Below, in pieces: positions 16,706 to 26,347 of a stretch of 28,484 bases of DNA. The stretch comes from a virus (taxonomy: Duplodnaviria; Caudoviricetes). The stretch's first letter is position 1; every line of letters begins with the position of its first letter. Location: IMG/VR virus record IMGVR_UViG_3300020043_000805, positions 1-28,484 of that record. The stretch is one strand, 5' to 3'. Under the pieces are notes generated by a model, which ran no database searches, had not been told where the DNA came from, and saw nothing but the letters and a program-made list of their open reading frames with translations. The position numbers and the translations under genes were made by a program.

Positions 16706-17556
16706 AGTAATTCCTTAATTTCATATGTTGTTTGGTAACGTGTGTTATATGGCTGAGAAATTGGCGACAATGCGCGCAAACGCCCAAGAAATGCGCGTCT
16801 ATGCAAGTCTAGTGCCGTATTGTCATCATAAATATAAACCACTTCTGCGTCCACTCCGCTTATCTTTATAATGTCGCCATTTATAATTGATTCATTATAT
16901 GTCAAATGATCTAAAGTAAATTGTGCCACGCGGTATGATGTTCTTCTATCAAAAAATTCTGCACCGCTTAAAGCCACATCAACAACGGTATTTGTTTCAT
17001 CACCAATTGACGCGCCAAGACTCATGTTTAATGTTGGCTGATAAATTGAACCCACAAAAATACGCCCTAATTCAACATATCCATCAGTGTTTGTGCTGTC
17101 AAAAAATTCAACTTGATAATATTGCGCTGATTCAATTGTATCTGGAACGTAAGTTAATGTTTTTGTAAATAATGCAATTTCTTCATCTGATAATTGCAAA
17201 TCCCAAAAATTTTCATCTTCCCATTCATAACTGCCAAACGGCATAAGCGGCCAGACGTTAATTGTTCCGCTATCATACACAAGCGTTGAATATCCACTGT
17301 CTGAATAAACGCGATAACGCCATGTAGCATCTTTTTGCATATTGTGATTAACAATAGCAACTGAGCCAATAACACGCGCTGAATCTAAAGAAAAACGTAA
17401 TTTAGTAGAAGAATTTGCAGCGTTAGTTGAACGTGCTTTTCGTGAAAGTGAACGTGTTTTGATATTTGTTAACGGCAGTGTCGTTGACCATGAGCCGTAA
17501 GCCGCAAAGGTAGCTGCATCAATTCTATTTTGATAACCAATGATTGTGTTACTCAT
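16702..17556 (-). CDS. Siphovirus tail-tip structural protein
   Basis: 284 aa; LPLTNIKTRSLSRKARS...AIVNHN...GYVELGRIFVG...AFLGRLRALSPI; second gene after the tape measure. Confidence 0.65.
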   Translation of the reverse strand: MSNTIIGYQNRIDAATFAAYGSWSTTLPLTNIKTRSLSRKARSTNAANSSTKLRFSLDSARVIGSVAIVNHNMQKDATWRYRVYSDSGYSTLVYDSGTINVWPLMPFGSYEWEDENFWDLQLSDEEIALFTKTLTYVPDTIESAQYYQVEFFDSTNTDGYVELGRIFVGSIYQPTLNMSLGASIGDETNTVVDVALSGAEFFDRRTSYRVAQFTLDHLTYNESIINGDIIKISGVDAEVVYIYDDNTALDLHRRAFLGRLRALSPISQPYNTRYQTTYEIKELL

Positions 17557-17557
17557 A

Positions 17558-19081
17558 TCATCCCCAAAGCGTTAATGTGGCGCGGTTTTTTGAATAATCC
17601 GATTCAATGCCAATAATTTTAAATAGTTTACCAGAATTTAAGCCAAAACGATTCATTGTTACGTTTACAACATTGTTTAGATCGGGCAATGTGGTTGTTA
17701 AATCCAGCGCAATTGTGACAGTGTATAAATCGCGGCTTGTTTTGTACAAGTTGAGTAGCCGCGTTGCCTCCGTTTGAGCTGCTGTAGCATCAACAAGCAA
17801 CGATTCTTTTTCAATTGTAGGCGCAAGCGCATACTGTGTTTTTATGGCGGAATCTTCTGCTGATTTTGTTAATGCAGGCAAAGACAAAACACTTCTACGC
17901 GCTGCGGTAACTGCTCCAGCTAAATCTGTTGTTTGAATATTATAATTCTTTTGATAACTTAAATTAATGCGCCATGCTGGAATGCCTTTGTCAGTGTCAT
18001 TTGTGCGCCCATGCTCAATGCTTAAAATATTATTTATATCAATTTCAAGCGTTGCGCTACCCGTTGGCGCAGTAAATAATCCCATTCTCAACGACCCAAG
18101 CGCGTCAAATCCAAAGTATGCACCAATCGATTGAGCAACTTTATCCATTGCCACCATCGCTGAATCTGTGCCATCAATCCATATTCCAATAACGCTATTA
18201 TTTGCCGTATCTAACGCGGTGACATCGCTCGAATTTATATCACCCGATGCAATGCCAGCCTTTATCGCCATTTCCTTTAAAACTTGCGCCACTGTGCGAT
18301 TAGATGACGTTGCACCTTGTGTTGCGTCACACGTCAATAATCCTGTTGGCACAGCACCTAATCGAATATAGCCAAGTGCTAAACAAGTAATAAATGTGCC
18401 GCTTGCCGGTGACGCCGCGTGTAGTGCCGTCACGTTTGCATAATCAGCACCAGCTGTTAACGCAATGCCTTTATCGTAAACATTGCTAACAGATTGGATT
18501 GCACCATCATTAATTTGATATGTGAGTTTTGAGCTATTTACCATGATTGGCGCAATATTAAACACTTGCCCATATAATAATGGCTTAGGTGATTTTGCAA
18601 TATCAGCAACGCCTTCCACGCCATCAGGCAGTGCATTATTGCCAGCATAAAGCGTTGTCTGTAATGGCATATCAACAATAGCGAGTTTATCCCGTGCTAA
18701 TATCGTTACTTTTGAAAATGTAAACTCTACCTGCTCCATTGTGCCATTTAAAATAGTTGTAAATGCAGAATAAGTGTCGCCTTCATTTCCGATTTTAATA
18801 ACAAGCGAACGCCCATCAAACGAATAATTGAGAATTGAATCCAAACCACCATCAACGTTTGTTAATTCAACCGCGCCATAATTTACACGGCTTGCACCGC
18901 TTGTTGTTCCGCTACTGTATAACGACCTGCTTATTGACGCTGGGTTGGTAATCCTATCATCATAAAACGTATTTGCAGGCGTATCAGACGGTTTTGTTGT
19001 GTAAGGTTGTGAAGAATAACGCAACGTGGTTGTCGTGCCTGCTGCGTCAATTGCCGCTACTATTTCAACAATGTAAATCAT
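17558..19081 (-). CDS. Siphovirus tail-tip/hub protein
   Basis: 507 aa immediately after the tape measure (ATGA overlap); GAVELTNVDGGLD...SFDGR...KPLLYGQVFNIAP...TLTLWG. Confidence 0.7.
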   Translation of the reverse strand: MIYIVEIVAAIDAAGTTTTLRYSSQPYTTKPSDTPANTFYDDRITNPASISRSLYSSGTTSGASRVNYGAVELTNVDGGLDSILNYSFDGRSLVIKIGNEGDTYSAFTTILNGTMEQVEFTFSKVTILARDKLAIVDMPLQTTLYAGNNALPDGVEGVADIAKSPKPLLYGQVFNIAPIMVNSSKLTYQINDGAIQSVSNVYDKGIALTAGADYANVTALHAASPASGTFITCLALGYIRLGAVPTGLLTCDATQGATSSNRTVAQVLKEMAIKAGIASGDINSSDVTALDTANNSVIGIWIDGTDSAMVAMDKVAQSIGAYFGFDALGSLRMGLFTAPTGSATLEIDINNILSIEHGRTNDTDKGIPAWRINLSYQKNYNIQTTDLAGAVTAARRSVLSLPALTKSAEDSAIKTQYALAPTIEKESLLVDATAAQTEATRLLNLYKTSRDLYTVTIALDLTTTLPDLNNVVNVTMNRFGLNSGKLFKIIGIESDYSKNRATLTLWG

Positions 19082-22000
19082 GCTGCTGCCTCAAGTTTAG
19101 CTTTGCGTGAAATCGTATTAAGTTCTTCTTTCATGCCTTGCATCTCGTTAATTAAAGCTACGTTTGCATTGGATTGCAGATTTACCAATGCTTTCAATTC
19201 AATAATTTGCTCTTTCAATAACACGCTTTGGTCGTCAATAGCATTTCCGATTGAATCAAATAAGCCAGCAGTTTGTGAATGGCTTGTGACGTTAGCAGGT
19301 GAATTAAAGTTGATTAATTCTGCGCCTTGTTCACCAACTAATGATAACCCGCTTGCCATACCGCCATTGGCGAATGGTTTAACTTCTTGAACAACTGTTG
19401 TTAATGCTAACGAATCTTGAATGTTTTGCTGTCTTGCTTCCATTGCATCTGCGTAAGCCGCTGCTGCATTTGCGTTTGCTATTTCTACTGCTTGCGCTGC
19501 TGCTGCTGCTGTTGCCGCGCTTGCCGCTGCCGCTGTTGCTACTGCTTGTGCTGTTGCATCAATAATAGCTGATTGGCTATCTGCAATGCTTGTTTTGATG
19601 TTATCTAATAACCCTGCTGTTCTTTCTACAAATTCATTTTTTGTTAAATCAGCAGCAATATAATATTGAACAGCTTGAGCTAATTTTGCAGTTTCATTCC
19701 ATACTGTATCAGTTGATGATTTTAAATCTAATAAATTTGCATTTGCTGAAACAGCTTGAGCTAATTGCAAATTCATTATATCAATTTGTGTTTGAGCTTT
19801 TCCAATTGCATCAGCTACATTTTGCTTAACAAGCTCTTTATCTTTTTCATATTGTTCTTTATCAATTTTTGCTTGTTCTTCTAATGCTTTATTTAATTTT
19901 TCTTCTTCCTCTTTTACTTTTAAAGTTAAATCTTCAATGCTGGCTAACGATTTTGTTGCTGTTGTAAATAATCCAATTTGTTGACTTAACTGATCTATTT
20001 GTGTATTTGATTGTATTATTTGTTGATTTAACTGTTCAATTTGTGTGTTTGACTGTAAAACTTGCAAATCAGCATTGGTTTTTACTTGAGTTGCATTGGC
20101 TATTACTAAAGCCTTATCTTCTTCATAACGTATAGCTGCCGCTTGTGATTCTGAGTCTAATGCGGTTTTATAGGCTTTGATTGCGTCATCAATTGACAGC
20201 GCACTTGCGTTTAAATCAATCAAACTTTTATCGGCTGATTCTGCGGCTGATAATTGTTTGTTTAAAATATCAATCTGGCTATCAACTTTTGCAATTGAAG
20301 TATCAAGCGAGCCTAAAACAGATTGATAATCTGCTTGATAATCCATGCCAGTTGCATTGTATTTTAATGACGCGTCTAAAAACGATTTTGCAATGCTTGG
20401 CAAATCGGTTAACGCTTGCTCGTTGCCGCCAGCGGCTAAAATTTTTGCATCTTCAAACGCTTTTTTAGTAGATGTATAAATTGATTCTGGCGAACCTTGT
20501 GGTGTACCTGCGCCAGTGATTTCTAATTTATAATCCACTAATGATTGTCTAATAGATTTAAACTTATCACGCAAAGCAACAACTGCATCATAAGCCGTTT
20601 TTAATCCTGCTTTTGACGTATCAATTGCATCTTTAAATATTTTTGTTGAATCATCAATTTGAGTTTTTGAAATACTTAAAAAATCTTTTGCAGTATTTTC
20701 TAAGTCTTGCAACGCCTGCTCATCACCTGCTTTTGCCAATGCAGCAATTCTTAAAAATTCTGCTTTTGCCGCATCATAATTTTGTGATTCATTAGTTAAC
20801 TCTTTTAAGTAACTTCCAAGCGATTTGCTGACGCTTAATAATTTATCTCTAAACGCAGTAATTGTGCTAACGCTTTCTTTCAATGCGCTGACTTGGTCTG
20901 CTAATGCTTGTTTTTGATTTGACAGCGCTTGCTTTTGCGCTTCTTGCGCTTGAGCTGCTGCTGCTTCTTGAGCTGCTGTTAAATCATTTTGAGCAGATAA
21001 TAATGCAGATTTTGCAGTGTTAACTGAATCTTCTGCTGCTTGTATTTCAGCGTCACTTCTTGCTTTAGATGCTGACAAAAATGCTTCTGAAACTGATTTT
21101 AAATCATTTAATGCTTTTTGATTATCATCACTTTTTGCAAGTGTTGCTGTTTCTAAAAATAACTCTTTAGCTTTTTCATAATCAGTTTTAGTGCTATTTA
21201 AATCTTTTAAATATCCGGTAAGGCTTCCTGATGTATTTACATAACTATCACGCATTGCGCTTACTGATTGATATGCAGATTTTAACCCAGCAGACGCTTC
21301 GTTTAATACATTAATAACATAAGTTAAATTATTTAATGCAGTAACAACGCTTGCAGATTCAGAATCTAAACCTCTTACTGCTTTTTCACGTTCAAGACGT
21401 AACGCTTCTTCTTTTGATGCTAAATCAACTTCACCTAGTTTTTTATAAACAGAAATCAACAAGTCAGTTGATTTAACAATATTGCCTTGTTCAGTTTTAA
21501 TCGTTGCCGCTATTTCTGATTGTTTAGCTTTAAACTCATCAAGCGTTTTGTTTAACTCATCAGTGGCTAATTTTGCAGTTTCTGTTGCTACTGATGCAAA
21601 GTCATCAGCTAATGCCAGCAATTTAACAAACGCAAATTGACCTGCTTCAGTGGTGTTTTTAGCGGCTTGTTCTAATATGTATTTATAAGCATTGATTGAA
21701 TCTTGCGCACTACCGCCTAAGTTTGGCATTGTTATGCCTAAACTTTCAAAACTTGATGATACTCGTGATGTTTTAATTCTTAATTGTTCTTCAGGTGATA
21801 ATAATGATTTTGATAAATCGCTTAATGTTGAACTAAACGCAGATATTCCGCCAGCGACATTAATCATGTCTTGTGTTAACTGAACTGAACCTAATCCAAT
21901 TGATGCAAAACTTTCTTTTAATGAAGTTAAACCTTTAAACGCTTCAATTTTATCGTCTGCTGTTCCCGGCAATTTTCCTAAGATTTCATTAATATCTGCA

Positions 22001-25000
22001 AATGATGAAAATAATTTTAATGATTGAGTAACCATTTCATTTTCAACATCACCCTGTTTATTAATAATGTCAGTATATTCAATGGCTGTAATGCCCATTG
22101 CTTTTAATTTAGTTTGAGCCGTTGTTATTGCAGTTGATACACGGTTTAATGTTTGAAAGTATCCTTCGCCTACTTGTTGAAAATCTTTATATGAATAATT
22201 TGCAATAATAGCCATTAAATCTGCTTGCTTTGATAATGCACCATTGATGATTTCAGTATTTGCTGCTGCATCTTTTCCAAGCGGCATTTTTCCTAAATCA
22301 ATTTCAAAGTTTTTTAATTTATCTGCGGCTTCTTTTCCAAACGCGCCAGCCAATGAAACAACATTTTCTTGAATCTTTCCTAATGAATAAGCAATTGACG
22401 CGCTTATTTCTTCATTTAAAGGTGACCATTTTGTTGCAATATATTGCTTTGTTGACGCTCCAATACCTAAAAATCCACTTGATGTTTTTGTAACAAGTGC
22501 TTGAATATAATTTTTACCGGCAATAATTCCACTTTCAACAATATTTCCTAGTGTATCTTTTACAAATTTAATGCCGCTACCAGCAAATTCTTTTGTTGTT
22601 GTGGTTGTCATAAAGAAACCACTCGTTGATGTTCCAAGTCCAAGAGATGAGGTATCAACACCGTAATTTTTTGCAATGGTAGCTGACACGCCTTTCATGG
22701 CATAAGATAAAACTTCAAGACTTCTAGCCATGCCTTTTGTGTAATCTAAATCAGCACTAGAATTTGAACTAATGTTTTCTAAAGCATCAAGTATTGAATT
22801 TGACATGGCTTCACTGCCTAAAACAGTTCCACCTTGTGATGATTTATATTTATCAGTTTCTTTTGCTAAATAATCTGCGCCTGTCATTGTAGCAGCGGCA
22901 GCACCACCGCCACCACCAGCCATAGCACCAATGGCAACCATAAATGCAAGCATCATTGCACCACGCGCTAACCCAGTGTAAGGGTCACCTTGTGACGCAT
23001 CAGCAACGGCTTTAGTTGCAGACGCTCCAGCACCAACAGTATCAGCGGCAACACTAGCTGTTGATGAAGTTACTTTTGCAGTTGTTTTAGCTGTTTCGCC
23101 AAATAAATACGTTGCAACAGTTTTTCCCATATCTCCAATTTGTTTAGCCATTGATATTGCAGATTGAGCCATTTCAAACGCGCGGAATACTTTAGTGGCT
23201 AAACCTAGCGCGTTATATCCTGCTGTGCCTTTCTTGAAGAAACCTTGAGCGGCTGCCGCCATATCACCGTACGACTTAACTTGCAGTTGTGATTGTTTTT
23301 GATTTGCATCAGATATTGCCTTGTCTTTTTTAACTTGATCGCCTTTACCATCATTGAGTTTTTGAATCTCAAATAATTGGTTTTGCAATCCGTCAGCAAT
23401 GGCAGCCTGTGATTTTTCATAAGATGCAAACGCAACACCTAATCCACCAATTGCACCACCTACACTACCAAACGCATCAGCAAGCCCTGTTGCCGCTTCT
23501 TTTGCTGCATCTAGGTTAGCTGTAAGTATTGCCATTTGAGCCGTTGACGCTGTGTTAGCGGCTGTTTGAGCATCATCAATGGCTTTAATGGCTGCTAATC
23601 TATCATCATTGGCTTTTTTCTCTGCATCAGCTCTTGCTTTAATATCTTGTTGGCTTGCTGTTTCGCCTATGATTGCCTTATCAACTTGCAAACTAGATAT
23701 TTGAGTTTTTAATCGTAATTGTTCAGCCAGAGTTAAATTGTACTTGTCTGCATTGTCCAATTCAGACTGTGCCGCTGCAATTTTAGCGTCAATCGTTTCT
23801 GCGCTTTGATTAGTTAGCGCATCGCGGATCTCTTTTTCTTTTGCAAGTAGCGCATTGGTCGCATTTTGCGATTCATTTAAAATACGCGCTTTGTCTGCAT
23901 AACTGGTTGCGTGTTGATACTCAATTGACGCTTTATCAATAATGGATTGTTTTTCTGCTTCAATCCCAGCTAATTTAGTTTGTTGCTGTGCTGCAAATAA
24001 TTTGCCTGCGTTTTCTGCGGCTGCTACTTGTGCGTTAAGTTGTTCGTTAAAATAACGTTCTGCTTCAGCTAAATCTTTGCTTGCTTGCGCTGCCTCTTTT
24101 TTTGCCGCTGATTCTTCTTTGGTTAATTTAGTTTGTGCTGCTGTAATATCTTTATGAAAATATTTTTGATGTATCTGCTCTTTCATTGATGCAGTTACTT
24201 CACCATAAGTATCTTTAGCCTCTTTTAATGCTTGGTTTTCTTGTTGTGCGGCTGTTCCAAATTCTTTAACTCTTTTAATTTCTAAATCTCTTAGGCGTAT
24301 AGTTTCATCTTGAGATTTTTGTATAGACTTATCATTTTCAATTTTTTTTGTGGTATTTGCAGCTTCAGCATCAGCCAATTGTTTTTGTCTTTTTAATTGG
24401 TCGAGCATAATTTGCTGCTGCATATAAGATTCATTAGCTGCTGCATAAGACGCACTACTTTTGTTTTCAGGTATATTTTTCTTAGCTGCTGCAACACTGA
24501 CTTCTAAATCTGCAATTTGTTTTCCAACACTTGTTCCAAAACGTTCTGTTAAATAATCTATTGATTTAATCATGCCAGAAACAATGTTTCCCAATATTCC
24601 ACTGGCTTTGTCATTTAATAAAACATCTTCAAAATTGTGCCATGCCTCACCTAGCATATCTACTTTGCCGCCAAGTGTTTGCATTTTATTTGCACTTGCG
24701 TCAACTGCACTGCCGCCCATTGCATGAATTAAATCTTCAATGACTGGTCGTGTTATTTTGCCTGCCTCCATCATCTTTAAAACTTCAGATGTTGTTTTTC
24801 CAGTTACTTGTGAGAGTAATGAATAAATAGGAATACCGCGTTCAATTATTGAATTTGCATCTTCTGCTTGAAGTTTATTTTTTGCGTATGCTTGACCTAA
24901 TTGGCGAATAATCCCAGATAATGTATCTGCATCACCGCCAACTTTAGATGTAATATTGGTTAAATCTCTCATGACTTGCATTGTTGGCTCAATACCAAAA

Positions 25001-25353
25001 TTCTTTAGCATCATGTAAGACTTTGTAATTTCTTGAAGCGATTGTGGTGTTTCGCGTGAAATCTTTTGAATATCTGCCATTGCTTTAGCAGCCATTACTG
25101 CACTACCTGTTACAGATAGCAATTGCGCACGCATATTTTCAAATTCAATATTGACGCGCAAAATATCTCTAGCAAGTGCCGCAACACTAATTCCAGCTAA
25201 TGCTGAGCCTGCAATTTTTGCAACACTACCTAAACTACTCAAAGCGCGCTCACTTCGCCCTGTTGCTTGCTCCATTGCAGTTAAATTGCGCGTGGCTGTT
25301 ACTGCACTGGTCGAATCGACTGCGACTTGTATAGAGTAGGTATCTGTTGTCAT
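19078..25353 (-). CDS. Tail tape measure protein
   Basis: 2091 aa, Ala/Lys/Gln-rich helical; N-terminal tape-measure domain FENMRAQLLSVTGS...ETPQSLQEITKSYMMLKNFG...QLGQAYAKNKLQAED...ERGIPIY; C-term PFANGG...LVGEQGAELI; follows a frameshifted chaperone pair. Confidence 0.95.
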   Translation of the reverse strand: MTTDTYSIQVAVDSTSAVTATRNLTAMEQATGRSERALSSLGSVAKIAGSALAGISVAALARDILRVNIEFENMRAQLLSVTGSAVMAAKAMADIQKISRETPQSLQEITKSYMMLKNFGIEPTMQVMRDLTNITSKVGGDADTLSGIIRQLGQAYAKNKLQAEDANSIIERGIPIYSLLSQVTGKTTSEVLKMMEAGKITRPVIEDLIHAMGGSAVDASANKMQTLGGKVDMLGEAWHNFEDVLLNDKASGILGNIVSGMIKSIDYLTERFGTSVGKQIADLEVSVAAAKKNIPENKSSASYAAANESYMQQQIMLDQLKRQKQLADAEAANTTKKIENDKSIQKSQDETIRLRDLEIKRVKEFGTAAQQENQALKEAKDTYGEVTASMKEQIHQKYFHKDITAAQTKLTKEESAAKKEAAQASKDLAEAERYFNEQLNAQVAAAENAGKLFAAQQQTKLAGIEAEKQSIIDKASIEYQHATSYADKARILNESQNATNALLAKEKEIRDALTNQSAETIDAKIAAAQSELDNADKYNLTLAEQLRLKTQISSLQVDKAIIGETASQQDIKARADAEKKANDDRLAAIKAIDDAQTAANTASTAQMAILTANLDAAKEAATGLADAFGSVGGAIGGLGVAFASYEKSQAAIADGLQNQLFEIQKLNDGKGDQVKKDKAISDANQKQSQLQVKSYGDMAAAAQGFFKKGTAGYNALGLATKVFRAFEMAQSAISMAKQIGDMGKTVATYLFGETAKTTAKVTSSTASVAADTVGAGASATKAVADASQGDPYTGLARGAMMLAFMVAIGAMAGGGGGAAAATMTGADYLAKETDKYKSSQGGTVLGSEAMSNSILDALENISSNSSADLDYTKGMARSLEVLSYAMKGVSATIAKNYGVDTSSLGLGTSTSGFFMTTTTTKEFAGSGIKFVKDTLGNIVESGIIAGKNYIQALVTKTSSGFLGIGASTKQYIATKWSPLNEEISASIAYSLGKIQENVVSLAGAFGKEAADKLKNFEIDLGKMPLGKDAAANTEIINGALSKQADLMAIIANYSYKDFQQVGEGYFQTLNRVSTAITTAQTKLKAMGITAIEYTDIINKQGDVENEMVTQSLKLFSSFADINEILGKLPGTADDKIEAFKGLTSLKESFASIGLGSVQLTQDMINVAGGISAFSSTLSDLSKSLLSPEEQLRIKTSRVSSSFESLGITMPNLGGSAQDSINAYKYILEQAAKNTTEAGQFAFVKLLALADDFASVATETAKLATDELNKTLDEFKAKQSEIAATIKTEQGNIVKSTDLLISVYKKLGEVDLASKEEALRLEREKAVRGLDSESASVVTALNNLTYVINVLNEASAGLKSAYQSVSAMRDSYVNTSGSLTGYLKDLNSTKTDYEKAKELFLETATLAKSDDNQKALNDLKSVSEAFLSASKARSDAEIQAAEDSVNTAKSALLSAQNDLTAAQEAAAAQAQEAQKQALSNQKQALADQVSALKESVSTITAFRDKLLSVSKSLGSYLKELTNESQNYDAAKAEFLRIAALAKAGDEQALQDLENTAKDFLSISKTQIDDSTKIFKDAIDTSKAGLKTAYDAVVALRDKFKSIRQSLVDYKLEITGAGTPQGSPESIYTSTKKAFEDAKILAAGGNEQALTDLPSIAKSFLDASLKYNATGMDYQADYQSVLGSLDTSIAKVDSQIDILNKQLSAAESADKSLIDLNASALSIDDAIKAYKTALDSESQAAAIRYEEDKALVIANATQVKTNADLQVLQSNTQIEQLNQQIIQSNTQIDQLSQQIGLFTTATKSLASIEDLTLKVKEEEEKLNKALEEQAKIDKEQYEKDKELVKQNVADAIGKAQTQIDIMNLQLAQAVSANANLLDLKSSTDTVWNETAKLAQAVQYYIAADLTKNEFVERTAGLLDNIKTSIADSQSAIIDATAQAVATAAAASAATAAAAAQAVEIANANAAAAYADAMEARQQNIQDSLALTTVVQEVKPFANGGMASGLSLVGEQGAELINFNSPANVTSHSQTAGLFDSIGNAIDDQSVLLKEQIIELKALVNLQSNANVALINEMQGMKEELNTISRKAKLEAAA

Positions 25354-25736
25354 TTTTTCTTGCTCCGTTGTGCAATTTGCTCGGCTTGGATTGTTAAGTA
25401 AGCACTATCAAGGCGCATAATAGCACTTACTTCTAATGGTGTTAATTCAATATTGGTCAATCGTGACCAAGCGTCAATCTCACTATAACTAATTGGATTT
25501 TGACCAAATCCATTGCTGGAACGTGTGCGGCTTAATTCACCAAACCACGACCAGCAATGTCTGTAATTTTCTGGCATAGGCAGCGACTTATAATCGTCTG
25601 GTATCTCATGCCCCATTGCAACAATAGCTTGAGCTTCATCGCGTAAACTTGACCCGTTATCGTTTGTTTTGCTGAGTTCAAACTCGCGTTTGCCAAACGT
25701 AACAAGGTCATCAATTAGGCTTTGGTGAAGTTTCCC
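25350..25736 (-). CDS. Tail assembly chaperone, -1 frameshift extension (lambda gpT analogue)
   Basis: The -1 frame is open from the slippery site: LHQSLIDDLVTFGKREFELSKTNDNGSSLRDEAQAIVA-MGHEIPDDY...WSWFGELSRTRSSNGFGQNPISYSEIDAWSRL; ends overlapping the tape measure start. Confidence 0.85.
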   Translation of the reverse strand, partial: GKLHQSLIDDLVTFGKREFELSKTNDNGSSLRDEAQAIVAMGHEIPDDYKSLPMPENYRHCWSWFGELSRTRSSNGFGQNPISYSEIDAWSRLTNIELTPLEVSAIMRLDSAYLTIQAEQIAQRSKKK

Positions 25737-26107
25737 AAGTTATTACTTGCCTCAAATACTTGTTCACGCAATTCGCTGTTACGTTCCATTAAAATCAAAG
25801 CGTTCTCATGTGAGTATGATTCAGTAATACCGCGCCACCCAACAACACGAATTGCTGCTGCATCAATGCCGAATTGCTCATCATCTTCAATTGTGCGCTC
25901 AATTTCTTTGCCGCGTTTTGCCGCTAATTGGTCTTGTGATTTTCTGCGGTTAAGTGTTTTGCGAACCCAGTCCTGCACTTTAGGTGCTTGTGCGCCTAGT
26001 ACCGTTACAAAAACACCTGTGTCACTGCCGTCTGGTCTTAGATATTCAAACTCGTAAGCGTTTTCTGACGCGCTAACTAAATCCAAATCAGCAGTTGAGT
26101 TAGGCAT
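25715..26107 (-). CDS. Tail assembly chaperone (lambda gpG analogue); first ~5 codons probably not native
   Basis: DLDLVSASENAYEFEYLRPDGSDTGVFVTVLG...VVGWRGI...LREQVFEASNNLGNF; MPNST derives from the antisense strand of the capsid fragment. Confidence 0.85.
   Translation of the reverse strand: MPNSTADLDLVSASENAYEFEYLRPDGSDTGVFVTVLGAQAPKVQDWVRKTLNRRKSQDQLAAKRGKEIERTIEDDEQFGIDAAAIRVVGWRGITESYSHENALILMERNSELREQVFEASNNLGNFTKA
25730..25736 (-). promoter_or_regulatory. -1 programmed ribosomal frameshift heptamer G GGA AAC
   Basis: TTG GGA AAC TTC ACC AAA GCC TAA; X XXY YYZ pattern in the correct phase, four sense codons before the stop; analogous to lambda G-T GGGAAAG. Confidence 0.88.
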
Positions 26108-26294
26108 TCGCCCACCTGCAATGCCTAACGGTGGTGATTCTGCTGTTGACGTGATGACAGTACAAGACCCAACAAGCGGTTTAGTATTTGAAATTGCAGT
26201 CTATAAAGGTTACATGAAAACCATGCTTGAAGTGCGTTGTTTATATGGCGTAAAAGTATGGAAACCAAACCACGTTGCTACGTTGCTAGGTTAA
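26085..26294 (+). pseudogene. C-terminal fragment of the major capsid protein (P22 coat-protein-like); missing from the ORF track
   Basis: KSAVELGIRPPAMPNGGDSAVDVMTVQDPTSGLVFEIAVYKGYMKTMLEVRCLYGVKVWKPNHVATLLG*; in-frame TAA at 26055 upstream, so the 5' bulk of the gene is absent; followed by a hairpin and head-completion genes. Confidence 0.85.
26099..26129. repeat. Perfect 10-bp inverted repeat GTTAGGCATT-N11-AATGCCTAAC beside the inversion junction
   Basis: Read directly; extends imperfectly via aatcagca (26086-26093) / tggtgatt (26132-26139). Confidence 0.9.
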
Positions 26295-26302
26295 TTTTTC
26301 TA

Positions 26303-26347
26303 GGGGGTTCGCGTTCGTTCCTGTTCGTGTTCCCCCGCCTTTATTTA
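26303..26347 (+). terminator. Post-capsid hairpin, possible leaky intrinsic terminator or mRNA stabiliser
   Basis: GGGGG-TT-CGCG-TT-CG-TTCC-TG-TT-CGTG-TT-CCCCC then GCCTTTATTT, 8 nt after the capsid stop. Confidence 0.5.

Noticed and set aside
1639-25339. Numerous plus-strand ORFs of 60-141 aa in the track (e.g. 1639-1902, 5458-5883, 10611-10910, 16236-16562, 19103-19390)
   Set aside because: Antisense shadows of well-supported minus-strand genes; mostly non-ATG starts and no recognisable motifs.
25532-25714. 60-aa ORF in frame after the chaperone stop (stop read-through product)
   Set aside because: The -1 frame, not this one, connects to the conserved chaperone C-terminal domain via a canonical slippery site.
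13461-26107. ATGCC (Met-Pro) on the minus strand near both breakpoints as a recombinase target
   Set aside because: Only 5 nt, at different offsets from the inferred crossovers; expected by chance.
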